Positions 10,067 through 22,300 of a DNA stretch of 36,806 bases are shown here, in pieces (within the stretch, counting starts at the first letter, position 1; every line of letters starts with the position of its first letter). A program made the position numbers and the translations under genes. The stretch covers positions 1 through 36,806 of the forward strand of contig KZ539016.1 of assembly GCA_000934665.2 (NCBI GenBank), in the 5' to 3' direction. A model generated the notes under the pieces. It saw only the letters and a list, made by a program, of their open reading frames with translations. It searched no databases and was not told the DNA's origin. This DNA is from Catajapyx aquilonaris (lineage: Eukaryota).

Positions 10067-10498
10067 CTGTTGGAGTGTGTCCAGTTCAGGTAGGAGACAG
10101 GGTGCTCTGAGCCTGATCTCCTGCTTCTCATACCACCTTGTTGGAAGCACCACCACCTTAAGAAACACGTAACAATACTGTCCATTGTCTATGTTCCTGG
10201 GCATGAGAAGCCTGTACTCTGTAGCTAAAACATAGAGGTGACGGAAGGCCTGCAGATGGTAGCGGTTATCATTAGTGTGGGTTGGAAACTTTGGGAACAA
10301 GGAGCAGAGCAAGGCTGCAATTGCTGGAGGGGAGGTAGACAAAGAACATCGGCCACCGCCAAGGAAGAGCAATCCTAGGGCCATATGGGTAGCCATGTGG
10401 GATCCGTAGGTGACTACACTGTTGTTGGCCAGGCCTACCCGAGAGCGGAGGAGACGGACTATGCGAAGGACTTCCATGTCACCTGTGCCTGACATAAC
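10067..10498 (-). CDS. ANAPC1: ANAPC1 exon
   Basis: cag|VMSGTGDMEVLR...TYGSHMATHMALGLLFLGGG...DNRYHLQAFRHLYVLA...APCLLPELDTLQQ|gtagtg. Hallmark APC1 motifs. Confidence 0.98.
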
Positions 10499-10738
10499 CT
10501 GCAATGAGAGAATGATTCCTAAATTTTTATTAATTTCTATAGCTTCCACAAGTTCAAAGCGATCATCTGAGTGTGTACACCCAAGTGGCATAATCAAACC
10601 TTCAACCCCTTAATGCGCAGATAATGTGTGAGGTGATCGTTTGGCATGAAATGCATTTTCTACCTCTCCTGTAAACTTGACAAAGAACCGACTTGGGGCC
10701 TGTCATTCTCATTGATTCATATGGGATGTGAGACTTAC

Positions 10739-10940
10739 CATAGCTAGTGAGATTAGCATAACATTGAGGCACACTTCAATGGTGGACCTCCCTGCCAGCT
10801 CTGCAATGTATTTCCCCGGGAAAGAAGTAAACATCTTGGCATAGAAGTACAGAGTGGTGAAGGCTTCTGAATTGGCAGATCCCGCAAATCTGAAGCCCAC
10901 TGCCATGCATGCACCTGCCAGAAGGTTGCAATATGCTTGG
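10739..10940 (-). CDS. ANAPC1: ANAPC1 exon
   Basis: cag|QAYCNLLAGACMAVGFRFAGSAN...VCLNVMLISLAM|gtaagt. Confidence 0.97.
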
Positions 10941-10990
10941 CTGAAAAGTTTAATACATATTTGTAACATAAGCTTTCTATTCCTCAAGAA

Positions 10991-11925
10991 CTGTAGGGGA
11001 AAGCCGGGAGGTATAGGACACTTTTTAGATATTCATTAAAATATCCATAAAATGTTTTTTGTTTCTTTTCATTTATATGCTAGGTCATGAAGTGGAATCA
11101 TGCGCACAATATATCGCAATTAATTCCACCATATAATCATTGCAGGCTTTGCAACCATTTTTTCTGCCACCGCGGCATATGTCCCCTTCCTCTCCCATGT
11201 GCGGGAGGAATGGGAAGCTTCAGGGGGAGGATTGGGGCACGCTTAAATAGGTGACATAATCAGCATTTTTCCTGCTTTATTCCACATGTGGACCTAATAC
11301 ACAGCATAATTCTGCAAGTCCACAGCAAAGGACATGCGAGTATTCATTTGATCCGTACCCCCTTGTTGGATAGGCATTGGCAACTTCATCACTAAGTCAG
11401 ATCGACTAACACAACCACAGTCTTCAATGTCCGCAAAGGAAAAAGTGTTGCTGGCCTTATCTTTACGCAAATATTTTACCTCAATATCTTGTTCATCTAC
11501 AGAAACCACTTGACCTGTGTAGTAAACAATGTTCTTTGCACTGGTACCTCCCGAATAGCTCCAAATTGCAAACATGGCTGGCTTGACTTCACAGAAGTAA
11601 GCATGGCAGACTATCATATCCAGCTTTATCTAAGGAAACATGCACCATCGCACAGCTCCTTGTTCGACAAGTCTATCTGCATTATATGTATGTCAAACTG
11701 CATTCAAACATTACAACAAAATCGTACTTTTTAATGGCCAAATCACGTATTTTGTACCAGGCTGAAAACGAGCGACCTCTCCCACCAACTCACAAGCTCA
11801 GACTGGAATTGATGCCAGTTGACATCTACCAGTCACTGAGTGCCAACTTGCAAGCACAATAAAGCGGGGATTTTGAAGGTGTCCCATACCTCCCCCGTCC
11901 CATACCTCCCGACTTTCCCCTACTA
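10991..11925 (-). mobile_element. pogo-like deletion derivative with a transposase C-terminal remnant (ORF 11294-11617)
   Basis: TIRs GTAGGGGAAAGCCGGGAGGTATAGGAC / GTCCCATACCTCCCGACTTTCCCCTAC. The remnant YYTGQVVSVDEQDIEVKYLR...FSF...ED...VSRSDLVMKLP resembles a C-terminal domain of insect DNA-transposon proteins. Confidence 0.75.
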
Positions 11926-13762
11926 TATCACTGAAAAAGATGGAGATGATTTTGCATTAAGTTTCAATGCAAAATTGTCTCCATCTTCTTGCACAGTCTA
12001 ATAATGCCTACTATGCTGCATTTCAAAATGCAGTCACCTCCCTTGGCATCAAAATTGCACACACCATAATTGTGTCATAAAGAGCCTGATTTCAGCACTC
12101 TAACTAGGTAACAACAAATCCTGATGTCATTGAGCAAGTAAAGTGCTAACCGCAATGAGTATTCTTGCCAGTGCAAATGGCAAAAAATCGTCCTCTGGCC
12201 CAGTGTTAATTGGCTACTTATTTATCCAGAAATAATTTTAAAACTATCACTGAAACAATTACTTCACTGTCATTAAGTTACAATGGGAAACCTGCTATCT
12301 CCAAAACCATTAATTTCGGCATGAACATTTGGAGCTTGATTCACAACTGGCCGAGAAACACATGCAACAACCTTGTTGTGGGAAGATGCATTTGTGCTGG
12401 GTGGTTTCTTATATTTAAATATTGAAAGCAACAATGGATTTGGCTATGCATTAATGCCAAGTAAAATGGCAAAGAATCCCCCTGCCTTTCCCTTGTGAGC
12501 CTACTTTTCCTGTCGTTTGATGTCTGCAAAATCGGTTGCTGCTTCCAACAATGAAATCTGAGAAACACTACCCAACACAAATGTGCCTTTCCGTGATAAG
12601 GTGATGGTTGTGTGTTACTGAGCCTGAAATGAGCCAAACGTCACGTTCCTATGTCAAGTGGTTTTGAAGATAGCCTATCTCTCATTGTTGCTAAATAACA
12701 ATTTCTTCTATAGAAGTTTTAAAATTATTTCACAATTAGCTAATTAAAGGGGCACTCCACTCAAAATACAAGTTGGGCTTTAAAAATCGGGCAAAAAATC
12801 CTGATTCCGAGGGTATACGCAGTTTTTCTGATAGACGAACGGTAAGGCCAGGGCGAGCCGCCAAAGATAGCAATTCGAATCTGGCGCAAAAGAGAAGCGC
12901 CTCCCAGGTCTGGTCAGAAATTGGGATAATCCTGAGGCACCTTTCACGGAGGGGTAGGATGGAGAGGAAACCTGCCCCAGCCGCTTGGCATTTTTTGTGT
13001 CCAGGGCTTTTCAGTTCGCCAGGCGGCCGCCAGTTGTCGCCAGTGTCTTTTTTGCTCTAGAATCTGGTGCTTTGTATATCGCGAAGCACTGCGTGAACTG
13101 CTGATTTTCGTGATTTAACGGAAATGGCTCATCCTGAGTTGGACATTTTCGATGCGGATGAAACAGTAATTATGTGAACATATTGCCCTGCCGGTCAAGT
13201 AGTGGTGACATTACGCACGGAGCATTACACTACTGGTCAGAAGTTTAGCATCACCTATAAGCAGAGGTTTTTTTATTCCTCAAGCTTAAACTTACAGTAC
13301 AAATTGAAATTGTGAGGTGCCGTTGAAAGCTTCGTGAATAACTCTACAAAGCAGAAAAGGAACGGTCACTCTAGGTTCAACAGAGGCGCAGATATTACCC
13401 ATTTTGTTTAAAAAAACATTCTCGAACACCGACATTTTCAACTATAAATATCACTCGAATTGTATTTGTTTAATTTTCGGCACTTCTGCACGGTGCCGAA
13501 AATTAAAAAAATTACAGTTCGAGTTATAATTTTTAAAAAAATTTTGTGGTAATTTCTTGTGTTCGGCGTTTACTTCTTGCCATAAATAAAAATTATAAAG
13601 CATCAATTCGTGATGATTACCTTTATTTATTAATATTTATACAGTAAAACTTCTATAAGTCGAACTTCCCTAAGTCGAAGTTCTCTATAAGTCGAAGAAA
13701 ATGATGAGCTTGGTTGGTCACAATGTAAAAGAATAGGAAATAAACTTCCCTAATTCTAATTT

Positions 13763-13930
13763 TAATAATAATAATAATATAATAATTTGATACCCCATTA
13801 TCAGCCTACGGGCTTTCCTAGGGGGGGATTTCTCCCAATTTTTTGTCCGGAACTCTTCCAATTTTTACTATTTTTCTCATCACCGGAATGAAGCAGGGAA
13901 AGGGAAGGAAGGAGGCGGCTGTGGCCTATA
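13763..13930 (-). mobile_element. 5'-truncated SINE, family D
   Basis: Perfect 15-bp TSD CCCTAATTCTAATTT and a (TTA)n tail. Shares GGCCACAGCCGC and the 3' end with 24003-24268. Confidence 0.88.
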
Positions 13931-14327
13931 CCCTAATTCTAATTTCTATAACTCCAAGTTCTCCATTACTCGAAGTGCTGGCAGGGCCTTACGACGGCAT
14001 TTCAATGCATTTTCAGTCTCCCTAAGTCGAAGTTCATTTGGCGAGTACGGAAAATTTTCTCATTTCTCAGCAGAAGGGTCGAGAGTATAGGCCACATGTA
14101 CAGAAAGGCTCAATTTCCTGATCTCAGTCTACCAGACGTACCGAAAGAAGTGTTAGACTCGATTGTGACAATTGAATCCTTGAGTCTAAGAGTAGGCAAA
14201 TGTCCATAACGGAGATTATTTCACAACAAAACAATGAGGAACATTGTAAGTGTGATAGTGACAGTTATTTTTAAGTTTTGAACACCTTTTGTCGCTGGAT
14301 ATAAATGTAGGCTTCCTTATAGAGTTA

Positions 14328-14477
14328 AGGCCATTTCACAAAAAAAATTTCGCGCGGCAAACGGCGCGACTTGCGGCAAATTTTTATTTATATTTATTGT
14401 TGCCAATTGTTGGCAACAATAAAATTTGCCGCAAGTCGCGCCGTTTGCCGCGCGACATTTTTTTTGTGAAATGGCCT
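14328..14477. mobile_element. Harbinger-type hairpin MITE nested in the Tigger-like MITE
   Basis: TTA|AGGCCATTTCACAAAAAAAA...TTTTTTTGTGAAATGGCCT|TTA. Almost fully palindromic. Confidence 0.9.
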
Positions 14478-15966
14478 TTATGTGCTCCAAAAAAAACCAC
14501 ACTTCTCTAACTCGAAACTTCCATAACTCGTAGTTTTTTCCCGGTCCCATGGAGATTCAACTTATAGAAGTTTTACTGTAGTTGAAAATGTGGGTGTTCG
14601 AGAATGTTTTTTTAACAAAATAAGTAATAATGCGCCTCTATTGAACCTCGAATGACCGTTCCTTTTTTGCTTTGTAGAGTTATTCACGACGCTTTCAACG
14701 ATACCTCACACTTTCAATTTGTACTGTAAGTTTAAGCTTGAGAAATTAAAAACCTCTGCTTCGGGGTGATGCTTAACTTTTGCCCAGTAATGTAATGCTC
14801 CGTGCATAATGTCACCACTACTTGACCGGCAGGGCAATATGTTCGCATAACTACTGTTGTCATCCACATCGAAAATGTCCAACTCAGGATGAGCAATTTC
14901 CATTAAATCACGAAAATCAGAGGTTCACGCAGTGCTTCGCCATACAAAGCACCAGATTCTAGAGCAAAAAAGACCCTGGCGACAACTGGCGGCTGCCCGG
15001 CGAACTGAAAAGCCCCCGACACAAAAAATTCCATGTGGCTGGGGCAGGTTTCCTGTCCATCCTACTCCTCCGTGGTACGGCGGCTGCTGCTGAGAGTGAC
15101 ATACCAGCAGGGCTTCCCAGACCAAGTCCGCACGGCCTCCTCCCGTACCAATTTGAGCCGTACGACGAAGAGGTGGCCACCCCCACCCACAACCCGACAC
15201 CAGTACGGACCAAAGATGCAGTGGACCAAAGATGACTGAGGATTATCCCAATTTCTGCCAAGTCCCGGTTGGCGGCATGTGCGGAGGGGGCGGACTGGGC
15301 CGTGCGGGCAGCTCTTTTGCGCCAGATTGGAATTGCCAAACTTTGAAGGCTCGCCATGGCCTTACCGTTCGTCTCTCAGGAAAACTGCTTATACCCTCAG
15401 TATCAGGATTCCCCCCCCCCCCCNTAGAGCCCAACTTGTATTTTGAGTGGAGTGTCCCTTTAAGCATTGGGCCACAGTAATTATTTTGGCCATCCACACA
15501 TGATGAGATAACTTCTGAAACTTGCTCTTCACACCTAACCCCTTCATAATTGGGGCCTAATAAAACTTAATGTGATTTATCTTATTACTCAATTCAGGAT
15601 CTGTTATTACCTTGTTACACTTAAATAACTTTTTGAAATAACTTTTTTATATGTGCCAAAATATTTAATGTAAATTAAAGCACTATTCAAATTAATGCAA
15701 AAGTTTTTCTGCAATTCTGGTGCCACTTGAGGTAACTACATTTTTGATATAAATAGTAACCACATTGGCAAATTCGACTGACCTATTTCCATGACAAAAA
15801 TAGCGAAAATGATGAATGAACCTTTCATCGTGCACAGAAATTTTCCCTAATCCTCAAGAGGAGTTCAACAGACATCACAAAAAATAAAACAGTGAAGATT
15901 TTAAATGCAACTATGAACCATACTATGATTTTTATAAGTACAAATGATATCACCTTTGTTACAATT

Positions 15967-16218
15967 GAGGCGCTCAGAGGACGAACGGCATATCCCAACT
16001 GACCTCCAATATCGAGATTTTAGTGTAGTTGTACTCTCCTTCCATCTACCTTTCATGTGCTGAAGTACCAATAAATGAATTGGGACATGTCAAAGCTCAC
16101 ATATTCCACTTGTAAAATTTGTCCGTAGCTTTAGCTGCACGATAAAGCAAAACACAAAAAGCCACTTTTCTCAAAACGAACTCCGGTTGGGATATGCCGT
16201 TCTTCCTCTGAGTGCCTC
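15967..16218. mobile_element. Sola-like MITE (AATT TSD)
   Basis: AATT|GAGGCGCTCAGAGGACGAACGGCATATCCCAAC...GTTGGGATATGCCGTTCTTCCTCTGAGTGCCTC|AATT. Confidence 0.78.
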
Positions 16219-16246
16219 AATTGTTATTGTAACCTGCTTAGTGAGT

Positions 16247-16516
16247 GGCACAGTGGTGTTGTGGTTAGTGCCACAGCCTTCCCCACCTATGAGGTTCTGC
16301 ATTTGAAGTACAGTATGAATTTCTCATTTGGATAGAGTTTTCTGTGTTCTCTCTGCTTTCACGTGGGTTATCTGGGTGTCTCCAATTTTGTTAAACAAAA
16401 TCCATCATTCAGTATGAATTAATAGAGAAGAATGAAAAGAGGATTCCCTAAGAGGCTTCAGGCCTCTCACAGGGATAACCAGCATGATTTGCTCCATCAT
16501 CATCATCATCATCATT
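16247..16516 (+). mobile_element. Old tRNA-derived SINE with a V-domain-like core and (CAT)n tail
   Basis: GGCACAGTGGTGTTGTGGTTAG head; GAGTTTTCTGTGTTCTCTCTGCTTTCACGTGGGTTATCTGGGTGTCTCC core; (CAT)n tail. Confidence 0.55.
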
Positions 16517-16677
16517 ATTGTGACATCATTTGTACAGTATAAAAAGAGGAATATAAATGACTTAATAGAATCAAGTACTACAGAATTAGAAAAAGTGTCA
16601 AACTAATTTTGGATTCGCAATGCCCAACAGATGAAAACACCATCTCATTTGTGGTGCAGTACTGAATCTGTGCAATA

Positions 16678-17984
16678 TGAGGGCTGTCCGAAAAGTGTAG
16701 TCCCCGACGGGTTAACTTGGCAGTCCGGCCTCCCAACACTCCCAGCCAATGGCGTGCCTGGATTGGGATGGGGGGGAATGGAGGAGTCAAGGTGGAATGG
16801 GGATGAGTGACATTCACCGGATCAGTTGCCGTATGCTTCGCCGCAAGCTAGGCCAGAAGCTTGAAATACACGTGTATACATATTGTCATTAAAGGTTTGC
16901 TTTAAGATGTGTGTCGCAACAATTAACGTTATCAATATATCCAAGTTTAATTGTCATCACAGTACGGCTTAAGAGGTTTGCATGGCGGAAGGACATGACG
17001 TAGAAGGCAGCTGGAGGTAGGGGGTAGAGGAGGTAGGGAGCGGCGGGGGGCAAGAGGGGGCGTTGCCAGAAACCCACACCCTGACACGTTAGGGGGCAAC
17101 CTACTATATCCAATCTTAATTTTTTTCACAAACATAAATGAAGGCAGGGAGGTGACCTTTGGTGGGTAGGTGGGGAGTACCTTCACGAGTATTCGTTAAT
17201 TTTTTCTTGCCTCCAGAGAGAGTGAGTCGCTGGCAGTCAGCCTTTCAGTGACCGAGGGTACTAGGCTCCCTTAGGATTTTCGTTTTCCGCGAAAATGACT
17301 GAATCCCTTGAACAGCGGTACGACCAACAACTCCACCAGTCATCCAATGATCAGGAAGTTGGGGTCACTGTTTGAGGTGTCCAGCATGTCCTACGAGACT
17401 TCCAGACAAGAGTTGCTTCTGCACGAATTTCGCGGACACTTTCCTCAAGGCCAAATCTTCTCTCAAAATGAAAGGTAACGAACCAGTGCTTATCCCCACC
17501 TCGTATGCAAGTTATCAGACTGTGACACAACAGTCTAGCATGACCAAAGTCACCACTTGGTCAGTGACCTTGTCATTTTGGTTTGTTGAGGGCCTGTCGG
17601 AAATTGAGTCGCTCTCCACCAACATTCGGCCATCTTTGAAACATTTCCACCACTGCTTAATATGTGATGCCAATGGTATAGTCGCCGAAAGCCTTCAGAA
17701 TCTTCTGAATGGTTTCCATTTGGGTATTGCCAGGCATTAATGCAAAATTTGATGCATCACCTCTGTTTGTTCCATCATTTTCATGGAAAATTAAAATCCC
17801 ATGGGGGCCTAGTACCCTCGGTCACTCAAAGGCTGACTGCCAGCGACTGACTCTCTCTGGGATCGGGAAAAAATTCACAAATACTCATGAAGGTACTCCC
17901 CACCTACCCACCAGAGGATGCCTCCCGTGCTTCATTTGTTTCTGCGAAAGAAATAAAGGTCTGATACTTTTCAGACAGCGCTCG
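16678..17984 (-). mobile_element. Decayed mariner derivative with an N-terminal transposase remnant
   Basis: TA|TGAGGGCTGTCCGAAAAG...CTTTTCAGACAGCGCTCG|TA. The minus strand reads WWKCFKDGR...RPST...EVGISTGS...DLALRKVSAKFV with stops. Inner IR ~17140-17270 vs ~17810-17940. Confidence 0.82.
16698..17106. mobile_element. Unclassified 409-bp insertion splitting the left mariner TIR
   Basis: The right TIR shows the empty site GAAAAGTATC. The left TIR is broken by TAGT...ACTA and resumes at TATCC. Confidence 0.6.
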
Positions 17985-18073
17985 TATTCCTGAAACTCCC
18001 CAAGCATGGTAAAAAACAACAAAACTAAAGTCTACAAAGAATGCCCCACTTTTTCCCAGCTACTACCTGAGTA

Positions 18074-18234
18074 CAGTGTTGGACATTAATCATGTCATAT
18101 TGCTAGTGACATTTTCCGAAGCAGCAGAAGAATGAATCTTGCTTGCACAGCTTGCACATTCCTTGCGTCGATTCGTTCTTCTTCTGCTTCGGAAAATGTC
18201 GCTAGCAGTATGACGCGATTTATGTCCACCACTG
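18074..18234. mobile_element. Tc1-type hairpin MITE
   Basis: TA|CAGTGTTGGACAT...ATGTCCACCACTG|TA with ~65-bp arms. Confidence 0.85.
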
Positions 18235-18273
18235 TACCTCACACAAAAATGCTAATAATGGTTGTGAACCTAC

Positions 18274-18519
18274 TACATTGTCTCCAAGTCGATTCCATCT
18301 GAGCTGATACTTGATGTGCTGCCTGTGGTAGACCTACAATAATTCTGGCAGTATTTCCGGATGCTCTCTGGGACATGACTCTCCACCCAATCTACGGTTG
18401 GTAGAATCTCATCCCACATGATAAGACCTTGGGCAACCATCCTCAAGAGGAGAAAGTCTGGCCGAATGAAGTCCAACAGATATTGAGTCTCAGGTGCATC
18501 CATCCATTTAGCCACAGCT
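18274..18519 (-). CDS. ANAPC1: ANAPC1 exon
   Basis: tag|AVAKWMDAPETQYLLDFIRPDFLLLRMVAQGLIMWDEILPTVDWVES...DLETM|gtaggt. Confidence 0.96.
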
Positions 18520-18955
18520 CTAAAGGTACAATTATGGTTAAGTACAGCATGATTATATGAGCAAGAACACATGAATACTCCTTGGAAGAAAAAACATCAC
18601 TGAAAGTTTGTTGGATATTTCGGTATGAAATGCTGAAATGTTATGCCAAGTTAACCTTTTCAGTCATTTCTGGTTAGTTCATAGGTACCGTACATTATTA
18701 CTTCTTATGGAAATGCTATTTATCATATGTGATTAAGTGATTATCTGTTCTTAAGAAACACCCTACAATAAAAATTTTAAATATATATCACAATTCAGAT
18801 TATTACACCTAAAGCAATGAGTCAAATTACTTTTGGGGTTGATACCATAATTTCATTTTTTACCAAATATATTCTATTTCCTTTCAATGGCATAATTTCA
18901 TGTCATATTCAAATTTTTAGCATATCATCTTTATCTAAATAAGCTTCCAACTTAC

Positions 18956-19082
18956 TTGTTTCCTGTCCTAAAGTACATCATCCCTAGAGCCAAGGTGGCA
19001 CCTGGACTAGTGATATCAATGTTAACTGAGTCACCTTCACGTATCTGGTAGCTGGGGGACCTGTATTTCTCTTTCTGGGCTT
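18956..19082 (-). CDS. ANAPC1: ANAPC1 exon
   Basis: cag|AQKEKYRSPSYQIREGDSVNIDITSPGATLALGMMYFRTGN|gtaagt. Confidence 0.97.
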
Positions 19083-20080
19083 CTGAAACAATGTCCACAT
19101 ATAAAAAACTGATCAGTTTTCATTGCAACAAATGTCACATATGCCATGGAAAGATTTCCACACTACTTTTGAACTGCAGAACTCTGTAGGAGATAAAGGA
19201 AAATGTGAAGCACTTAATGTCATGCCATTTGTCTCGCCTCAGGCGTATTTTCTTTTGCCACATTTTGCTCAGTTACCCAGAAATGTTCATTTTTTCCCCA
19301 ATATTCAGGGAGAAAAAATCTGGCATGAGAGGAAACTTACATCAAGGTTGGTATTACTGTATCCCAAAAGTAAGTGCCATTTTGCTGTCAATATATTTTA
19401 AAAGATTTCCCATGAAAACTAACAGCCACATGGTGGAGCATATACAGGACACAAACACTGTGTTGATCTATAGTCTGGCATTGTCATGCATCAATTTCTA
19501 AAAGTGCAAGTGGAACTCTGATCTTCCCCCAAACCGGTCACACTATGGCCCAGACAATGTTGTCCTTGCAAACACCTTCACTTTCTCCACAACCTCGCAA
19601 ATTTTTTGGCAGGGACACCTCTAGGGGTTAACAAGAGATCAAGGTATAGGTTTGGCTCCATGAGTGTTCAATACAGGCTTTTAAAATGCTTCAATCAACA
19701 TGATGTTTGCATCCAGGTATAGCTAGATTCGTGACATTATGTGGGTATGCTTAATTTTGGGAGATGCAGTTGACAATCTCTTCTCCAAAACTCTTAAAAA
19801 CCAGAAGTTTTTTCATAAAGGTCATCTGCTCACCAAAGCTTGTCTTTGCTGTGAAGTATGTCCCAACATGAAAACAATGATCACAACAACTACGACATTA
19901 GCCCTATATGTTTCACTGCTCTGGACCAGTTCTGGGGCAGTCCTGGGTCTCCCAGTTGTTGATTTTAGAACAGTTTACCCCAACTGTTGCCAAATGGAGA
20001 CTTCCAGGTAGAGCAGACCAATCCAAAATGGTCGGCTGCAAGATGCAAAGAAGTGGCACGTGGACAAAGCTATTGATGTA

Positions 20081-20450
20081 CAGTACCCCTCATAAATAAC
20101 GGTAAGACTCTATGGACAAAAAGTTTATCCGAACTTCCAAACTTTTTTTTATTGTGACCATATGTACTACCTTCCCTTGACCTAGTCACCCCCACATGAC
20201 CCCCGCCCCCCATCCCGATTTTTCCCCGAAATCTTTTATTACCAAACTGTTCAACCAGGGACAATGCTTACGTAGATTTTTAGATGCATTTCCCCTCTAA
20301 AATTTTCCATCTTTGCCTTGCGCTTTTATTTTTAAAAATTCCCTTTTCCTGGCCTTCTCTGAAACCCTTAAAAACATGCTGGTGACCCAGGGGTTGGGCA
20401 CAAGATAAACATTTTGTCCAGAGTCACACCATTCTTTATGAGCGGTACTG
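20081..20450. mobile_element. Tc1/pogo-type MITE
   Basis: TA|CAGTACCCCTCATAAA...TTTATGAGCGGTACTG|TA with ~50-bp imperfect TIRs. Confidence 0.8.
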
Positions 20451-20603
20451 TACCAGGACCCTCCTCCTAGGGGTTATGTGCCTATACAACATGTACAGTC
20501 ATGAGCACAAAGATGTGGATGGTAGGCCAGAGCTCTTCCTTTGCCCGGGGGCTCCTTGCATGACCTCCACCCCTCACCAACAGCTCCAGGGCATGCCTAC
20601 TAA

Positions 20604-20816
20604 AAGCCGGTATCCACGTTAGAGTTTCTCTCATAAGAGTCCTCTTACGCGAGAAATCTTGTACGTCGAGACGGACTCTTTGTCGCCTCAGGGCCCCTCT
20701 TGTCCCTCTAAAAGGGGATTAAAGTTGAAAATTTTCAACTTTTCCTCTTTCCTCGTATCCGGGCATGCGCAGTTGGCTCCTCTTATGAGAGAAAACTCTT
20801 ACGTCGGTACCGGCTT
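20604..20816. mobile_element. Harbinger-type MITE
   Basis: TAA|AAGCCGGTA...CTCTCATAAGAG and CTCTTATGAGAG...TACCGGCTT|TAA. Confidence 0.82.
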
Positions 20817-20850
20817 TAAAGAGGAACCAAGAAGAGACTGTGGGGATTAG

Positions 20851-21911
20851 GGGCCGGGTGCACCAGTCGCGGTAGAAATTTTTACCCCGGTAAAAGCACG
20901 AATTTACGGGGGGAGCCGCCGTAAAACAGAAAATCGCGGAGTTCCACCCTCCGTACTTTCTAATCCCTCCGTAAATGCCAGTTTTACGGAGCTTGAGTTT
21001 TACCCCCCGACTTTGGCCGGTGAAAGTAGTTTTACGGACGGATCCAACATGGTCGTGTCATCCTACAACCCGTATTTCGCATTTTGTGTGTGATTTTCTG
21101 CTAATTATTAACCGCGGAAGCATCTCAGCACTGTCGGGCTGGCCCCGAGGCCAGCGGAGGGGGATAGGGACGAATAAAAACCGGTGTGTGCCTGCTCATT
21201 CCAGTAGTGAGGTCACTCTTTTTCTCGGGTGTTGTGTGGTTTCTGGGGTGTGTATAGAGGGTTCACTGCTTCGGTGGTATCGTATTATTGCAAATGTTGT
21301 GCACTTCACGTATTATTTCGCTGGGGGTTGGGGCTGGGCGCGGGGGGCAAGGTTATGACTTGCCCGTGGCCGTGCCAATATGGGCGGAAAATACCTAAGG
21401 CGTTGCCTGTACGAATGTGCCCAACCTAATGCGACATGGGGAAAGCAGTTATTGGGGACTAGCAGCAGCCTGTCATCTGATGAGGATGAGCTGGACCATG
21501 AGCGGACAATTCTGGACAATCTCGGCCGCTGTTAGCCTGTTACCAAATCCCAGGTTGGGCTGAAAAATGTGCGATGAATAAAGTGTGCCGATTCATGAGC
21601 GCAGCCATGTTGCTTTGCCGCCTTCCACCCCACGGTCTGTTTCACCATGAAAGCCACCACCCCTTATCCTCATTGCCCCCCAGAGAGCTCCGACGACTCC
21701 GACTGACCAATCACCGCGCCGGAAAAACCTTGGGTCGCCTCGATTCTCATAGCCACCATGGTTTACCCGGTATGAGATGAACGGGGCGTAAAAAATTACT
21801 GGAGCACCGCACACCGCGGATTCACCGTCGGTAAATAATTTTTACGGAGATCCCTCCGTTATCGGTAAATCTTGTACGCCGCATTTCTACCGCGACTGGT
21901 GCATCCGGCCC
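20851..21911. mobile_element. Harbinger-type non-autonomous element
   Basis: TAG|GGGCCGGGTGCACCAGTCGCGGTAGAAAT...ATTTCTACCGCGACTGGTGCATCCGGCCC|TAG, with subterminal CCGTAAA/TTTACGG repeats. Confidence 0.88.
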
Positions 21912-22300
21912 TAGGTGGGTTTTTCCTACTTTTCAGCCCCCCTCCCCCCCCCCTCCTCAGCCCCTATGTTTACCATGAAGATAAGTATAGTAGCCAGGTG
22001 GGGAATTTTCTTTTCCTTCAACATGGATGCGGGGTATTCCAGGTTCCTTTTGCATCTGGCAATTCTACTTCAAAACCCCAGAAAACCCATGCAGTCTTTT
22101 CCTGGATGGCCTGTAGTCTAGGACAAGCCAAGAATATGTTGATAGTGTAATGGTGACATTGGCAGTTCCTCTACTAGCAAGGGGAGTACTACTGTGCACA
22201 TCTTTATGCTCATGACTATACATACAGTTTGCAGTGGTTTTTAAGCTAAGCTATTACTGGTATTTATGAGGATGTCCCACATGTACACGGCTGGACATAA

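Larger units (their letters stand above)
13642..14578. mobile_element. Tigger-like MITE nested in the Kolobok-like element
   Basis: TA|CAGTAAAACTTCTATAAGT...ACTTATAGAAGTTTTACTG|TA. Confidence 0.88.
12748..15459. mobile_element. Kolobok-like fold-back element with ~700-bp arms
   Basis: TTAA|AGGGGCACTCCACTCAAAATACAAGTTGGGCT...AGCCCAACTTGTATTTTGAGTGGAGTGTCCCT|TTAA. Confidence 0.88.

Noticed and set aside
19500..20075. Possible decayed retroelement coding sequence (CCEVC motif)
   Set aside because: No convincing RT or endonuclease motif; left unannotated.
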